Positions 47,640 to 56,847 of a stretch of 64,000 bases of DNA are shown piece after piece. The DNA is from a virus. Position 1 is the first letter of the stretch; each line of letters opens with the position of its first letter. The notes beneath the pieces were generated by a model. It searched no databases. It was not told the DNA's origin and worked only from the letters and a program-made list of their open reading frames with translations. The DNA is taken from positions 1-64,000 of IMG/VR virus record IMGVR_UViG_3300030107_006047, one strand, 5' to 3'. Position numbers and translations under genes: made by a program.

Positions 47640-48254
47640 TTAGTCCTCTTCAAAAGGGTTTGGGGTGAATGACAGCTCTCCTTGTTCAACCCTGGCAGCC
47701 GCAGTGTTTTTCCATTCTAAAACCATTTCTCTCCAGGCTTTAGACAGGTCTCGTTCCTCTTGGTGAGAGAAGCCGCGACCTGCGGCGATGCTTAGGGTGT
47801 TGTCGTTAATGAAGTCTTTTATTTTTTTATAAAGCTTGTTCTTCATTTCCCATAGAACGTAGGGAGAAACGGCAATCCATTCCTGAAGAACAAGAAGCTC
47901 CGACTCTTTAGGTAGGCTTAGCTTCTGTTCCTCAAGGTCCCCCAAGTAGGCAGCGACATCCAGCATGATGTGACACCTGTCTGTGTATTCGGTCTTGATG
48001 TTAATGAGTCTCCCCTCACATCCAAGAATGACCTCTGCACCTATTCCAACCAGCGTGTTTGCTTCTTGAGTTGATTCAAAAGATTCAAGCTCAATGGCCG
48101 CCTCCAGAAGTGCAGTTCGGTCACTTAGCGATAGCTCGGAAATGCTCTTCCATTCTGCAGGTCGAACCCTGGGTGGCGTGTGCTTGTTCAAAAACGCCAG
48201 CTGTTCTTGTTGGTTTAAAAATAAATCTATCAGTATCTCGTTGTTTGTTTCCAT
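47640..48254 (-). CDS. Hypothetical protein
   Basis: 204 aa, AGGAG SD, downstream of the helicase. Confidence 0.65.
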   Translation of the reverse strand: METNNEILIDLFLNQQEQLAFLNKHTPPRVRPAEWKSISELSLSDRTALLEAAIELESFESTQEANTLVGIGAEVILGCEGRLINIKTEYTDRCHIMLDVAAYLGDLEEQKLSLPKESELLVLQEWIAVSPYVLWEMKNKLYKKIKDFINDNTLSIAAGRGFSHQEERDLSKAWREMVLEWKNTAAARVEQGELSFTPNPFEED

Positions 48255-48263
48255 TGCTTTCTC

Positions 48264-49583
48264 CTAAAACTCATCATCGTCTGAGCGTGACTTTCCTGGG
48301 AACGAAAGAACTTCAGTTGGGCCCCATACATAGGCTCTCTTACCCATCATTGTTGTTCTTCTTCGCTTCCATCCAAGGTTTCTGAGCACATCCGACACTC
48401 GCATTTGCGCAAACTTTGTCATCTGATTTGAATCAAGACCAAGACCATCGGCGAGGATTTCAGAAACCATCAGGTCTCGTCGGCCCAGAAGCCACTTCTC
48501 TAAGATTGGTTGCCACGGGTCAACTTCTCTGAAGTCTTCTGAAACACTCTTAAGATCGATCTCGTTCTTGTTGTCCAGCCACCAAGGCTCGTTGTTGTTG
48601 AATGCGTTGACTGCCTCAGCCCACAACTGATCCCTGTTCGATGAGACCCAATCAAGGTCAACCTTTCCAATCTTGACTGGCCAGAATCGACGGCTACCAG
48701 TGTTATCAGAAATGAATGACTCTTCATTTGTGGTTCCACAGAACACACAGTGTCGCTTGATGGTCACCGAGTGGCGACCGTAGGCTGGTCGATAGTTATC
48801 AAACCCGGCTGACAGGAACGCTTTGGTTCTACTGTTGGCCCGCTTTCTAATAGAGTCCAGCTCAGCGATCTCGTAGATCCAGGCCCTGCGAATCTGGCTG
48901 TAGGCATTGGGTGATCCAATGTCCATTGGCGTATCGCAGAAGTATTCGTCACCGGCAAGAACCCTAAACGTCGTGCTCTTTCTTGCACCCTGTGGTCCGA
49001 ACAGAATCAGGCAACAGTCGGCCTTGCACCCAGGCTTTATCGCCCTGGCCACTGCGGAAATCATCCATCTTCTGCCCATGTCCCTATTCAACGAAACATC
49101 GTCAGCCCCGACACCTTTCACCAGCCAATAGTCGAGCCTCTTCACCCCGTCCCACTGGAGCCCGTTGAGCCAATCAACAAGAGGGTTGACCCCGTTCTCC
49201 TCGCCGACAAGCCTGGCCACCTCTGCGACGGCTGTAGTGGAGACTCTCATCCCATACACTGAGTCAATCCACATCTGTATCTTTGTGTCGTCAGTGTCCT
49301 TGTATTCTTTGTCGCCACGCATCATGACGCCCTTGAACTGATCTTCCCAGATCTTTCCCTTCACTCTGGTGTCGTGAGTAAGTATGAGGTGAATGTTGCG
49401 ACGGGTTGGTCGCACTACTAAATCACCATTCTTAGTTAGATATCCATCCAACATTGACGACACGTTGGGCTGTGGTTTAGTTTTCCGGTTTGCCTTCTTG
49501 TCAGCAGAACCAGATTTTATTGCGTCATCAACAAGCGACCGCAGCGTTTTTCCATTGGCAATTGCAGCATCTAAATCCGGCAC
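48264..49583 (-). CDS. vapE: VapE-family (virulence-associated E) helicase/ATPase
   Basis: PGCKAD..LILFGPQGARKST (Walker A), WIYEIAEL (Walker B), YRPAYGR, FCGTTN, TGSRRFWPV. Confidence 0.9.
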   Translation of the reverse strand: MPDLDAAIANGKTLRSLVDDAIKSGSADKKANRKTKPQPNVSSMLDGYLTKNGDLVVRPTRRNIHLILTHDTRVKGKIWEDQFKGVMMRGDKEYKDTDDTKIQMWIDSVYGMRVSTTAVAEVARLVGEENGVNPLVDWLNGLQWDGVKRLDYWLVKGVGADDVSLNRDMGRRWMISAVARAIKPGCKADCCLILFGPQGARKSTTFRVLAGDEYFCDTPMDIGSPNAYSQIRRAWIYEIAELDSIRKRANSRTKAFLSAGFDNYRPAYGRHSVTIKRHCVFCGTTNEESFISDNTGSRRFWPVKIGKVDLDWVSSNRDQLWAEAVNAFNNNEPWWLDNKNEIDLKSVSEDFREVDPWQPILEKWLLGRRDLMVSEILADGLGLDSNQMTKFAQMRVSDVLRNLGWKRRRTTMMGKRAYVWGPTEVLSFPGKSRSDDDEF

Positions 49584-49584
49584 T

Positions 49585-50580
49585 CTACTTCTCCAGCTTC
49601 ATTCTAAAAATTTCTCTTGGTGATAGGCTCTTAAAAATATCTTTGGCGTAGTTGTCTCCCGCCTCATCAGGATCGGTGCATACAATGACCGGAAGTCCCT
49701 TTGGAATCTTGGCGCTCGATAGTTTAGCAAAAGAGCCAGACGTACCAGACAGCACCGCAACATTCATATTCTCATGTATTGCCGCTGAAGAGGCTCGGAA
49801 AAGATCCGTAATCCCTTCGCAGATAAGCAACGCTTCTACCCCTTCATCAATAGACCCCCTCAACAACTTGATTCCGGCCTTGTTCCCAAGCAGCAAACCA
49901 GATGCCTCGCACCCTTTAGGCCACCGGCTCTTCGGTCTTGACTTGGTCTGGGTCACCGCTCTTGCGTGCAGGCTTGCGACCTTGCCTGTTATTTCGAAAG
50001 CAGGGGTTGCGAGCCGCCAAACAGGGGACCACACAGAAGGCCACCAGGCTGGCCACTGATACTCATTGCGTGTTGGAAGGGCTCTAACGATGCCGGTCTG
50101 AGACAACAGCTCAATGTCGAACTTTCTTTCCTTGAGGAAGAGCCTGACCATGTTGTCTTCCTTGCACCCGTTCATTTGGTTTAGCGGGGTGGATGCTCTC
50201 CACAAGCTTGCAACCTCGGAAAGCGACGGCCTCTTTGGTTCTGTCCTCTTGGGCTTGAAGTCTTTGTACCGTTCTGAAAGCCCGGTGCCCTCGAACCACT
50301 CGTAAACCTTTCTCTGCTTGTCTTTGTTGATGTCGCTTAGTTTTCCACCAGCTACCGCATAAGAGACAAGGTCAACCACATCCCCCTTCTTCTGACATCG
50401 ATGGCACTGCCAAGCGGTGTCCGATGCGTTCAGACCAACAGGCCCCCTCTTGTCTCCGCTCCCCCTGTTCTCTTCTCCACAGGCCGGGCAAGGCGACAGT
50501 GACCTCCCCTTCCTGATTGATATCTTTAGTCGTTCTGCAGCGACAGATATCGGCGTTCGCTTTGCTCTTTGAATCCACAT
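49585..50580 (-). CDS. DNA primase (zinc finger + TOPRIM)
   Basis: CPAC...WQCHRC..KGDVVDLV, LICEGITD, CTDPDEAG. GGGGAG SD before ATG 50580. Confidence 0.85.
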   Translation of the reverse strand: MWIQRAKRTPISVAAERLKISIRKGRSLSPCPACGEENRGSGDKRGPVGLNASDTAWQCHRCQKKGDVVDLVSYAVAGGKLSDINKDKQRKVYEWFEGTGLSERYKDFKPKRTEPKRPSLSEVASLWRASTPLNQMNGCKEDNMVRLFLKERKFDIELLSQTGIVRALPTRNEYQWPAWWPSVWSPVWRLATPAFEITGKVASLHARAVTQTKSRPKSRWPKGCEASGLLLGNKAGIKLLRGSIDEGVEALLICEGITDLFRASSAAIHENMNVAVLSGTSGSFAKLSSAKIPKGLPVIVCTDPDEAGDNYAKDIFKSLSPREIFRMKLEK

Positions 50581-50688
50581 GGTTGCTCCCCAACTTGTCA
50601 CCCCCGGTTTGACCCCCGGCTAATGCCGGGGGCCATGGGGAGCCCCACATGGGGCTGGGCTGATCAGGCCCGAGACAACTCAATAACT

Positions 50689-50940
50689 TTATTTTTTTGA
50701 AATGGTGAACTCAAGTTGTTCACCGGGTCTTACTGAAAACTCGAGGTGTATGCCGGTCTCTTCCTTTGCTCTGGATGCAAGCTTTGCAAGCGTATCCAGT
50801 GAGACTGGTGGCCTGTTCCTCGTGACCGTTCCCCACAGCGTGGTGTGGCTAATGCATAGGACATCTGCCGCGCCCCTGTACCCTCCTCCGATTTCTTCGT
50901 ACAGCGCTCTGACTGCTGGTGTCGTATCTATTCTCTCCAT
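50689..50940 (-). CDS. HTH DNA-binding protein
   Basis: YRGAADVLCISHTTLWG....PVSLDTLAKLA. Confidence 0.65.
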   Translation of the reverse strand: MERIDTTPAVRALYEEIGGGYRGAADVLCISHTTLWGTVTRNRPPVSLDTLAKLASRAKEETGIHLEFSVRPGEQLEFTISKK

Positions 50941-50943
50941 AAT

Positions 50944-51162
50944 TTATCCTTCAGGGAGGACGGCAACCCATCCTTCGGTTGCTGTGTCCGTTGCTGGTTT
51001 CTCTTCTTCATCTAAAACCATGTAGACTATGTCACCTTCTACTACATCGAGGTTTTGGCCACACGAGATCTTCTCTAAGACCCAGCTCAGCGCCTCATCC
51101 GCGTCCTTCCCAACTCCATTGAGATGGATTTCAAATCTGTAGCGTTTCATTCTGTCTGACAT
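50944..51162 (-). CDS. Hypothetical protein
   Basis: Tightly packed in the operon. Confidence 0.55.
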   Translation of the reverse strand: MSDRMKRYRFEIHLNGVGKDADEALSWVLEKISCGQNLDVVEGDIVYMVLDEEEKPATDTATEGWVAVLPEG

Positions 51163-51184
51163 GCTTTCTTCTTTTTGTTGTTGG

Positions 51185-51260
51185 TGGCTGGGGCAGCGGG
51201 ACTCGAACCTGCAACTTCCTGATTAACAGTCAGGCGTTCTGCCAATTGAACTACACCCCA
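51185..51260 (-). tRNA. trnN: tRNA-Asn (GTT)
   Basis: Reverse complement TGGGGTGTAGTTCAATTGGCAGAACGCCTGACT-GTT-AATCAGGAAGTTGCAGGTTCGAGTCCCGCTGCCCCAGCCA: 76 nt, D-loop GG, TTCGA T-loop, encoded CCA. Confidence 0.95.
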
Positions 51261-51266
51261 TTGATC

Positions 51267-51794
51267 TTACCTTGCATCCCAAGATACAACTCTCGGACCA
51301 CCGGGCCACCCATCATCAGGAGTATGTGGCCTGAAGATAATGATAGCGGAACCCTTAGGTGCTGCGGCAGCCTTGCTTCCGTCTGGTTTGAGAAAGCTTA
51401 CCCTTCCTCGCAATAGACGAATCTCGTCTGCCTTCCATGCGTGGTCATGCCACCAGGCCGTGTCGGTGCAAGCCATAACTAATGCAACTACTGGCTTCCC
51501 CGAAAGGTGGCACTGATGCCAGCACCGCTCAACCCAGCTGCTCACATTCCTACCGTATGGTGGGTTGCAGAAGATTGCGCCGCTGGAGATCCAGTCAGTA
51601 GACAGGGCGTCCTGCCATGTATGAATGCCATGATCTGGCCCCATGTACTCTTCGCAAAGCTTGCTTTCGAAGGTGGCCGCCGCGTCAAGCTTGAAGTCAA
51701 ACTCAAGGTCGAGCTTGTTGAAAAGCTTGGGCGGCGTCCTCCAGCAATCATCTTTGCTTGAGTGAATGACACTCCAAGGTGATTGCGTACTCAT
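51267..51794 (-). CDS. Phage DNA N6-adenine methyltransferase (Dam-like family)
   Basis: WRTPPKLF, FKLDAAA, FCNPPYG, TDTAWWH, IRLLRGRVSF. Confidence 0.9.
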   Translation of the reverse strand: MSTQSPWSVIHSSKDDCWRTPPKLFNKLDLEFDFKLDAAATFESKLCEEYMGPDHGIHTWQDALSTDWISSGAIFCNPPYGRNVSSWVERCWHQCHLSGKPVVALVMACTDTAWWHDHAWKADEIRLLRGRVSFLKPDGSKAAAAPKGSAIIIFRPHTPDDGWPGGPRVVSWDAR

Positions 51795-52198
51795 CAGACA
51801 ATGTGATCCATAAAGTCATCAACAGCCTGGTTGTGCTGGTTGACTGGGGCTCGGTGTGAGTTGCCCTGTCCCTGGCTGTTGTCCCGCATGAACTTCACCT
51901 GTTCGGCGACAACCTCTGTGGTGTACTTGTCGTTCCCTTCTTTGTCCTGCCACTTGCGGGTTTGCAGTCGCCCTTCGACGTATACCTGCTTGCCCTTCTG
52001 GCAGTACTTTGCGACGTTTTCTGCGGTCTTTCCCCAGGACACAATGTTGTGCCACTCGGTGTGATCTGTCCAGTTGCCGTCACGATCCTTGCGGCGCTCG
52101 TTGGTGGCGATGCTGAAGCTGCACACTGTGCTGTTCGCTGTTGGCCTGGCCTCCGGGTCTCGCCCAAGGTTGCCGATTAAAATTACTTTGTTGATCAT
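51794..52198 (-). CDS. ssb: Single-stranded DNA-binding protein
   Basis: MINKVILIGNLGRDPE...TEWHNIV.WGK.AE...KGKQVYVEGRLQTRKW. Confidence 0.95.
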   Translation of the reverse strand: MINKVILIGNLGRDPEARPTANSTVCSFSIATNERRKDRDGNWTDHTEWHNIVSWGKTAENVAKYCQKGKQVYVEGRLQTRKWQDKEGNDKYTTEVVAEQVKFMRDNSQGQGNSHRAPVNQHNQAVDDFMDHIV

Positions 52199-52272
52199 TA
52201 GTCTTCTCTCCAACCGTTTCCGATGATGTTTGCAAATACAAACGCGATTACTATCCAAGGCAAAATGCCCAT
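52198..52272 (-). CDS. 24-aa hydrophobic peptide MGILPWIVIAFVFANIIGNGWRED
   Basis: Hand translation. AAGGGAG SD. TAATG overlap with ssb. Confidence 0.5.
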   Translation of the reverse strand: MGILPWIVIAFVFANIIGNGWRED

Positions 52273-52299
52273 GCTTACTCCCTTTTAGGGCGGGGTGCC

Positions 52300-52491
52300 C
52301 TAACCTTTGTTGTTGTACCAAGTGTTCTGAGAATCCATCCACCTGATGGCGGTTCGAATATCATCACGGTCTTTCGCGCTGAGGTCGCCTGATTGATCAA
52401 GCACCGTCTTGTAGATTGCGTCGCGAACGGCAACAACCTTTCTCATTCCGCGATTGACCTTGTTTGTGTATGCTGGTTTTCTATTGGCCAT
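52300..52491 (-). CDS. Hypothetical protein
   Basis: AGGAG SD. Confidence 0.6.
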   Translation of the reverse strand: MANRKPAYTNKVNRGMRKVVAVRDAIYKTVLDQSGDLSAKDRDDIRTAIRWMDSQNTWYNNKG

Positions 52492-52499
52492 TTTTTCTC

Positions 52500-53924
52500 C
52501 TAAACCTCGCAGCCAAGCGAGCGATAAAGCTTGATTCTTTTACGAGCCATGCTGTTGAACACTGGCGAATCATCTACAACATCGAAGACAACAGGGGTCT
52601 GCTTGCCTTCTTTGACGCGCATGATTCTCCCGATGCGCTGTTGAATACGGCCCAACGCCTTGGTTGGTACTGTAAGAAATACTGTATCAAGTCCAGGCAA
52701 ATCCAGCCCTTCGTCGGCAATACAGGTGGCGAAGATGACATCGATTTCGCGCTTGTCTGCTGACTCAAGAAGCTCGGCGCGTTTCTTCTTGGACAGTGTT
52801 CCAACAAGCGCAACAGCCCTGAGCCCTTCGTTTGACAGCTCCTCCGCCATCTCTTTGCAGTGCTGTACCCGGTCAGACAACACAAGGACCTGCCTGCCTT
52901 CATTGCGCACCAAGATGTCAACCTTGTCGAGAATGAACTGTGTTCTTTCATTGTCGCTACACATATCACTAATCAGTCGAACCCAGTCCCTCTTCCTTCC
53001 TTCAGGAATCTTCCACCCAGTGTGAAGCTGTTCAATCCTCGGTCTGCACACAAGACCACGGTTCACTAAGTCCTCTGTCTTGATCTCATGCAGGACATCG
53101 CCGAGGTGCCAATGCAAGATGTCGCTTAGGCCGTCCTGTCTTTCAGGGGTTGCTGTCAGTCCTAACCTGTACCTCTGCGGCATCGTCATCAATGTCTCAC
53201 AGAAAGTGTTGGCTGGCACATGGTGGCACTCATCCACAATGAGTAATCCAAACTGCTTTCCGAAGTTGTACCTCTCTGTCCACAACCATCTCGATAGTGT
53301 TTGGAATGTCGCTACAACAATGCGCTTTGTCCCACCCTTTTCCAGCTCATTTGTTCCTCCTCCAACAATCGATGGCCGGAAGTTTAGCTGCTGCTCACAC
53401 CTGTCTGCCCACTGCTTGGCAAGGTCGAGGGTGTGTACAAGGACAAGGGCTGGAGTATCAAGGGCAGCTATGGTGCCAACACCAATGGTTGTTTTACCGG
53501 CACCACACGGCGCTACGACTACTCCCTCTTTGCTTGCCTTTAGGTTTCCAATCGCGTGGGTCTGGTAGTCCCTGAGCTTGATGTGCTCTGCAACACTGAG
53601 CTTCTCCGCATCAGGGAACGAGGTCTTGTCAACCACCCTAAGTGAAGAGGGCTCCACATACTTTGTGAGGTCGATGCATCGTGGAATCTGAATGCCGTTG
53701 CCCCACGGGTGAATGACGGGCAGTCGCTTGAATGCCTTCACCCACTCGTCTGGAAGCTCGATGTATCTCCCCTGATTGCGAAGCCTGTGAGCCTGGATCC
53801 ATTCAGGGTTCTTCAGTCTGTACTGGCTGCTGATCTCTCGAAGCACATCCTTGTGCTCTTTTATGAAGTCGGGGTGTATGTATTGAGCACCACCCCGCAC
53901 GATGATGTTCTGTAGTTTAGACAT
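52500..53924 (-). CDS. Superfamily 2 DExH-box helicase
   Basis: LRDYQ, APCGAGKT, IVDECHH, GLTATPER.DG, EGLDLP, QRIGRIMR. Confidence 0.95.
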   Translation of the reverse strand: MSKLQNIIVRGGAQYIHPDFIKEHKDVLREISSQYRLKNPEWIQAHRLRNQGRYIELPDEWVKAFKRLPVIHPWGNGIQIPRCIDLTKYVEPSSLRVVDKTSFPDAEKLSVAEHIKLRDYQTHAIGNLKASKEGVVVAPCGAGKTTIGVGTIAALDTPALVLVHTLDLAKQWADRCEQQLNFRPSIVGGGTNELEKGGTKRIVVATFQTLSRWLWTERYNFGKQFGLLIVDECHHVPANTFCETLMTMPQRYRLGLTATPERQDGLSDILHWHLGDVLHEIKTEDLVNRGLVCRPRIEQLHTGWKIPEGRKRDWVRLISDMCSDNERTQFILDKVDILVRNEGRQVLVLSDRVQHCKEMAEELSNEGLRAVALVGTLSKKKRAELLESADKREIDVIFATCIADEGLDLPGLDTVFLTVPTKALGRIQQRIGRIMRVKEGKQTPVVFDVVDDSPVFNSMARKRIKLYRSLGCEV

Positions 53925-53927
53925 TGA

Positions 53928-54155
53928 TTAACTCCAACTCCTCAAGATGTTTGCTAACTCTTCCTCGTGTGCGTCTCTGTCTGCCTTGTTTACAGCGTCG
54001 CTGTACTTCTCCGCAGCTTTCATTAGATCCTCGATGATCTCATCTCTCGGCTCATTGAGGTACTCCAACAAATATCCTCTAAAGCAAACCTCAAGATGGG
54101 CCTTGGCCTTGAGTCTTTCTTCTGAGTTTGGTCTCTTTGGCGGCAAAGATGTCAT
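53928..54155 (-). CDS. Hypothetical protein
   Basis: Packed in the operon with a 4-nt overlap. Confidence 0.55.
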   Translation of the reverse strand: MTSLPPKRPNSEERLKAKAHLEVCFRGYLLEYLNEPRDEIIEDLMKAAEKYSDAVNKADRDAHEEELANILRSWS

Positions 54156-54430
54156 GCTTCACCGGGAGGCGAGGCGACTGCTCTGAGGCTAATGCTCACC
54201 GCAGCCTCCGCCATGAGCCGGTCTACTTCTTCTCCACCGAAGTTGAACAGCTCCTTTGACAGCTTTTCAGATCTGCTGCTCAAGCTTTCGCAAGCATTGA
54301 TCAGGCTGGTCTTTCTTTGAATTGGAAGGTCCACGTCCTTTAGGATGAGCATGACAAACCTTGGAAAGATTTGCCCCTCAAGCAGGACTTCTTCCAGCTC
54401 TTCCTTTGATATTTCTTTTCCGTTTAGCAT
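54152..54430 (-). CDS. Hypothetical protein
   Basis: AAGGA SD and operon packing. Confidence 0.55.
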   Translation of the reverse strand: MLNGKEISKEELEEVLLEGQIFPRFVMLILKDVDLPIQRKTSLINACESLSSRSEKLSKELFNFGGEEVDRLMAEAAVSISLRAVASPPGEA

Positions 54431-54441
54431 TCTGTTTTTCC

Positions 54442-54747
54442 TTAATGAATAGGGTTGAAGGGGGTTTGATCGATAAAGATTGGCCTGCCACGTCCATCAC
54501 AGGCATCAAGAGTGTTGTACCGAAACCATTCCAAGGCTTCGTCTAAGGTCATGCCTTCTTCGACGTGTGAGTTGAGGATTCCCGGCATGCTGTAAACAAG
54601 GGCCGGGTCCTCTCCGCTTCGATGACAGACACCCACGATGTGTTTGTCATAGAATGAGCGGGGCTCAAGTCTGGACCAGCAGCCTCCGCTGCTTTCAATC
54701 CATTGGAGTATCTCTCCCGGCGTGTCTCTTGTTGTTTGTTTACTCAC
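54442..54747 (-). CDS. Conserved-looking phage hypothetical protein
   Basis: YDKHIVG...LVYS...GMTLDEALEWFRYNTL.A..G...PIFI, a pattern seen in small phage proteins. AAGGAG SD. Confidence 0.65.
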   Translation of the reverse strand: MSKQTTRDTPGEILQWIESSGGCWSRLEPRSFYDKHIVGVCHRSGEDPALVYSMPGILNSHVEEGMTLDEALEWFRYNTLDACDGRGRPIFIDQTPFNPIH

Positions 54748-54759
54748 TTGTTCTCCTTT

Positions 54760-55056
54760 TCAGAATGGGCAGATGTCTTCTCTGTCCAGTTCGCCATTGT
54801 CCACTTGTTCAATACAGTAGACACACAGGTTCTTCACTTCCTCGTGGTACGAGGTTCCGTCTTTGATTTCTTTCTTGACTGCCTTCTCATTGCAGGCATC
54901 ACAGACAATGCCGCAGTAGTTACACAACCTGGCATCGCCATCGTGATCCGTGTCTTCCTCGAACAGATTCTCGGAACACTTCTCACACCGGGGATGGTCG
55001 TGAGGTAGCTTCGGCTCGTAGTGAGCCTCCCATTTCGCCCAGTCATGCGCGTCCAT
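54760..55056 (-). CDS. Cys-rich zinc-finger protein
   Basis: Four CxxC pairs. Confidence 0.65.
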   Translation of the reverse strand: MDAHDWAKWEAHYEPKLPHDHPRCEKCSENLFEEDTDHDGDARLCNYCGIVCDACNEKAVKKEIKDGTSYHEEVKNLCVYCIEQVDNGELDREDICPF

Positions 55057-55068
55057 TGCTCTTCTCCT

Positions 55069-55419
55069 TCATCCTGTGTAGACAATCTCTGCGTTGGCAA
55101 TGGCTCCGGTGAGCCCGCCTGTGATGGGTCGGCATGCGCTGGCATGCATGGATAGAATCAGCCACACGTCTTGCTCAGGAAACCAGAAGATGCTGGAAGC
55201 TTTCTCGTAGTTGCAAGCCACCTCCCAGGATGGTCCTTCGAGGTACTTGTGTCGGTAGTCAGGGCTTCCCCACGGGTCAGTGTAGAACTCTCGAATGGCA
55301 CGCTTGTCCTTCTGTTCGTACTCTACAAGGCAGGAGTCTTCAGGCATGCCTGCCTCCTTGGCGTTGGCACGCCATGCCGCTGCTACTTTCTCGATCTCTT
55401 TAGGTACTTTCTCTTTCAT
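55069..55419 (-). CDS. Hypothetical protein
   Basis: GAGGA SD. Confidence 0.6.
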   Translation of the reverse strand: MKEKVPKEIEKVAAAWRANAKEAGMPEDSCLVEYEQKDKRAIREFYTDPWGSPDYRHKYLEGPSWEVACNYEKASSIFWFPEQDVWLILSMHASACRPITGGLTGAIANAEIVYTG

Positions 55420-55432
55420 TGCTTGTTCCTCG

Positions 55433-55747
55433 CTAAAGCTTTCTTGTTGATTTCCACAACAGCTGGTTGGCCTCTTCGCTCTTTCCCTCTTTCATTAGCT
55501 GGCTCATCTCTTTCTTTTTGATTGGCTCGGCGCAGATGATCTCCTCATGAGAGGGCCCAGCCCAAACGTCTTTCTGGATGGAAAGAACGTGGGAGTCCTC
55601 GTCATCGCTTGGCACCGATAAGCGTGACAGCTCGCACTCTAAGCCAGCCTCGGCTTCTGCCTTGGCTCTCTCCTCGTCCGGCGCTTCGACTGTGACAAGG
55701 AATGTGCGGCGCTGAACTACCGTGGCGTATACCTCAAACTCCATCAC
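55433..55747 (-). CDS. Hypothetical protein
   Basis: GGAGG SD. VTVEAPDEERA pattern common in small phage proteins. Confidence 0.6.
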   Translation of the reverse strand: MMEFEVYATVVQRRTFLVTVEAPDEERAKAEAEAGLECELSRLSVPSDDEDSHVLSIQKDVWAGPSHEEIICAEPIKKKEMSQLMKEGKSEEANQLLWKSTRKL

Positions 55748-55904
55748 TCACCTCCTCCGCGCACTGAGCGCTGCAATACATTCCTTCTTTCGTCTCGTGA
55801 GAGACGATCTTCTCATCGTTTGTCTTGGTCCCACATTCATCACAGATGATGCACTTGCACCAGTCGTCTGCTGTGTCGGCCTCGCCGCATACTTCGCACT
55901 TCAT
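55734..55904 (-). CDS. Cys-rich zinc-finger peptide (56 aa, not in the ORF track)
   Basis: Hand translation MKCEVCGE...WCKCIICDECG...YCSAQC. Fills the gap. Confidence 0.6.
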   Translation of the reverse strand: MKCEVCGEADTADDWCKCIICDECGTKTNDEKIVSHETKEGMYCSAQCAEEVSDGV

Positions 55905-56095
55905 CACTCACCCCCCTCGTCTGGCTTTTCTTCTTTCCTGGTCAGCGCAACATGCATGCCGCAGTCTTCGCACCAGTTGTTTTGCTCCGAGTCCCAAGGC
56001 CCAACGTCATCGAGGACCTTGTTTCCTTGGTTGGGGTCAACCCATGCCATGAGTTGAACGGCGCTTGATCCACACTCCTTACAGACAATCATCAC
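55904..56095 (-). CDS. Zinc-ribbon protein
   Basis: VCKECGS..VQLMAWVDPN...WCEDC. Confidence 0.65.
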   Translation of the reverse strand: MMIVCKECGSSAVQLMAWVDPNQGNKVLDDVGPWDSEQNNWCEDCGMHVALTRKEEKPDEGGE

Positions 56096-56847
56096 TTACC
56101 CCCAAGGAGCCTTGCTCCAGTCCTGGCCTTGAGACCTGGATTGATGTCGATGTTCTGTCCGTCGCGATAGCCTGCGCTTGATGCTCCAACTCCGCCACTG
56201 TAGCTGCCCGTGCTTGGGTTATCTTTCCTCATGCGATCCCGTGCTCGGTCGGCTCGGCTTTGGAGAGCGAGAGCTGTTTCTGTGCTCTGCTCCTGGCGTT
56301 CTGCCTGCTGCTTCATTTCTCTAAGCTTCTGACCAAGACCGGCTACGCACCCTTCACGATACGATGTGCCTTCGGTGCGGGTGACCCAACCGTCGCGCTC
56401 TTTGATGCGGTGGCGCTCTATCTTTGTGAGCCGTTGGATCTCTCGCTTGGCTACAGAGTAGAGGTATTCCCACACTTCGAGGTCCGAGCGGTGGCCGTAG
56501 GCTAAAGCAAACGTCCGACGCTTGAAGTCGCCTATCACTTTCTCTTCTGCGTAGGGGTTGACTATGGTCCCATGCCTGACGCTTCTAAGCACGGACAGGT
56601 TGCAGTGAGAGCCGAGAGACCATGCAAGACTCACAGCCCATGTCTGCTTTCCTATCTCAATGGCTCGCACCTCGACTGGGTCCTCTTCGAGCATGGCTTG
56701 CTCAGAGAGAGTAGACATATTGATCGCGTGTTCACGCATGAGCTTCTGGGCCATTGCCGCAGCGGTAGCTGCCTCGTTCTCGTTGGTGCTCTCGGCAAGC
56801 GCCAAGAGCTTTCGGATGCGTGAGGCCATCTTTGCTTTCTTTGTCAT
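56092..56847 (-). CDS. DUF2786-domain protein
   Basis: RIRKLLALAESTNENEAATAAAMAQKLMREHAI and C-terminal AGYRDGQNIDI. Confidence 0.85.
   Translation of the reverse strand: MTKKAKMASRIRKLLALAESTNENEAATAAAMAQKLMREHAINMSTLSEQAMLEEDPVEVRAIEIGKQTWAVSLAWSLGSHCNLSVLRSVRHGTIVNPYAEEKVIGDFKRRTFALAYGHRSDLEVWEYLYSVAKREIQRLTKIERHRIKERDGWVTRTEGTSYREGCVAGLGQKLREMKQQAERQEQSTETALALQSRADRARDRMRKDNPSTGSYSGGVGASSAGYRDGQNIDINPGLKARTGARLLGGK

Noticed and set aside
51185-51260. tRNA as an attP or prophage boundary
   Set aside because: No integrase, no duplicated 3' tRNA fragment and no host genes in the window. Phage genes continue on both sides.
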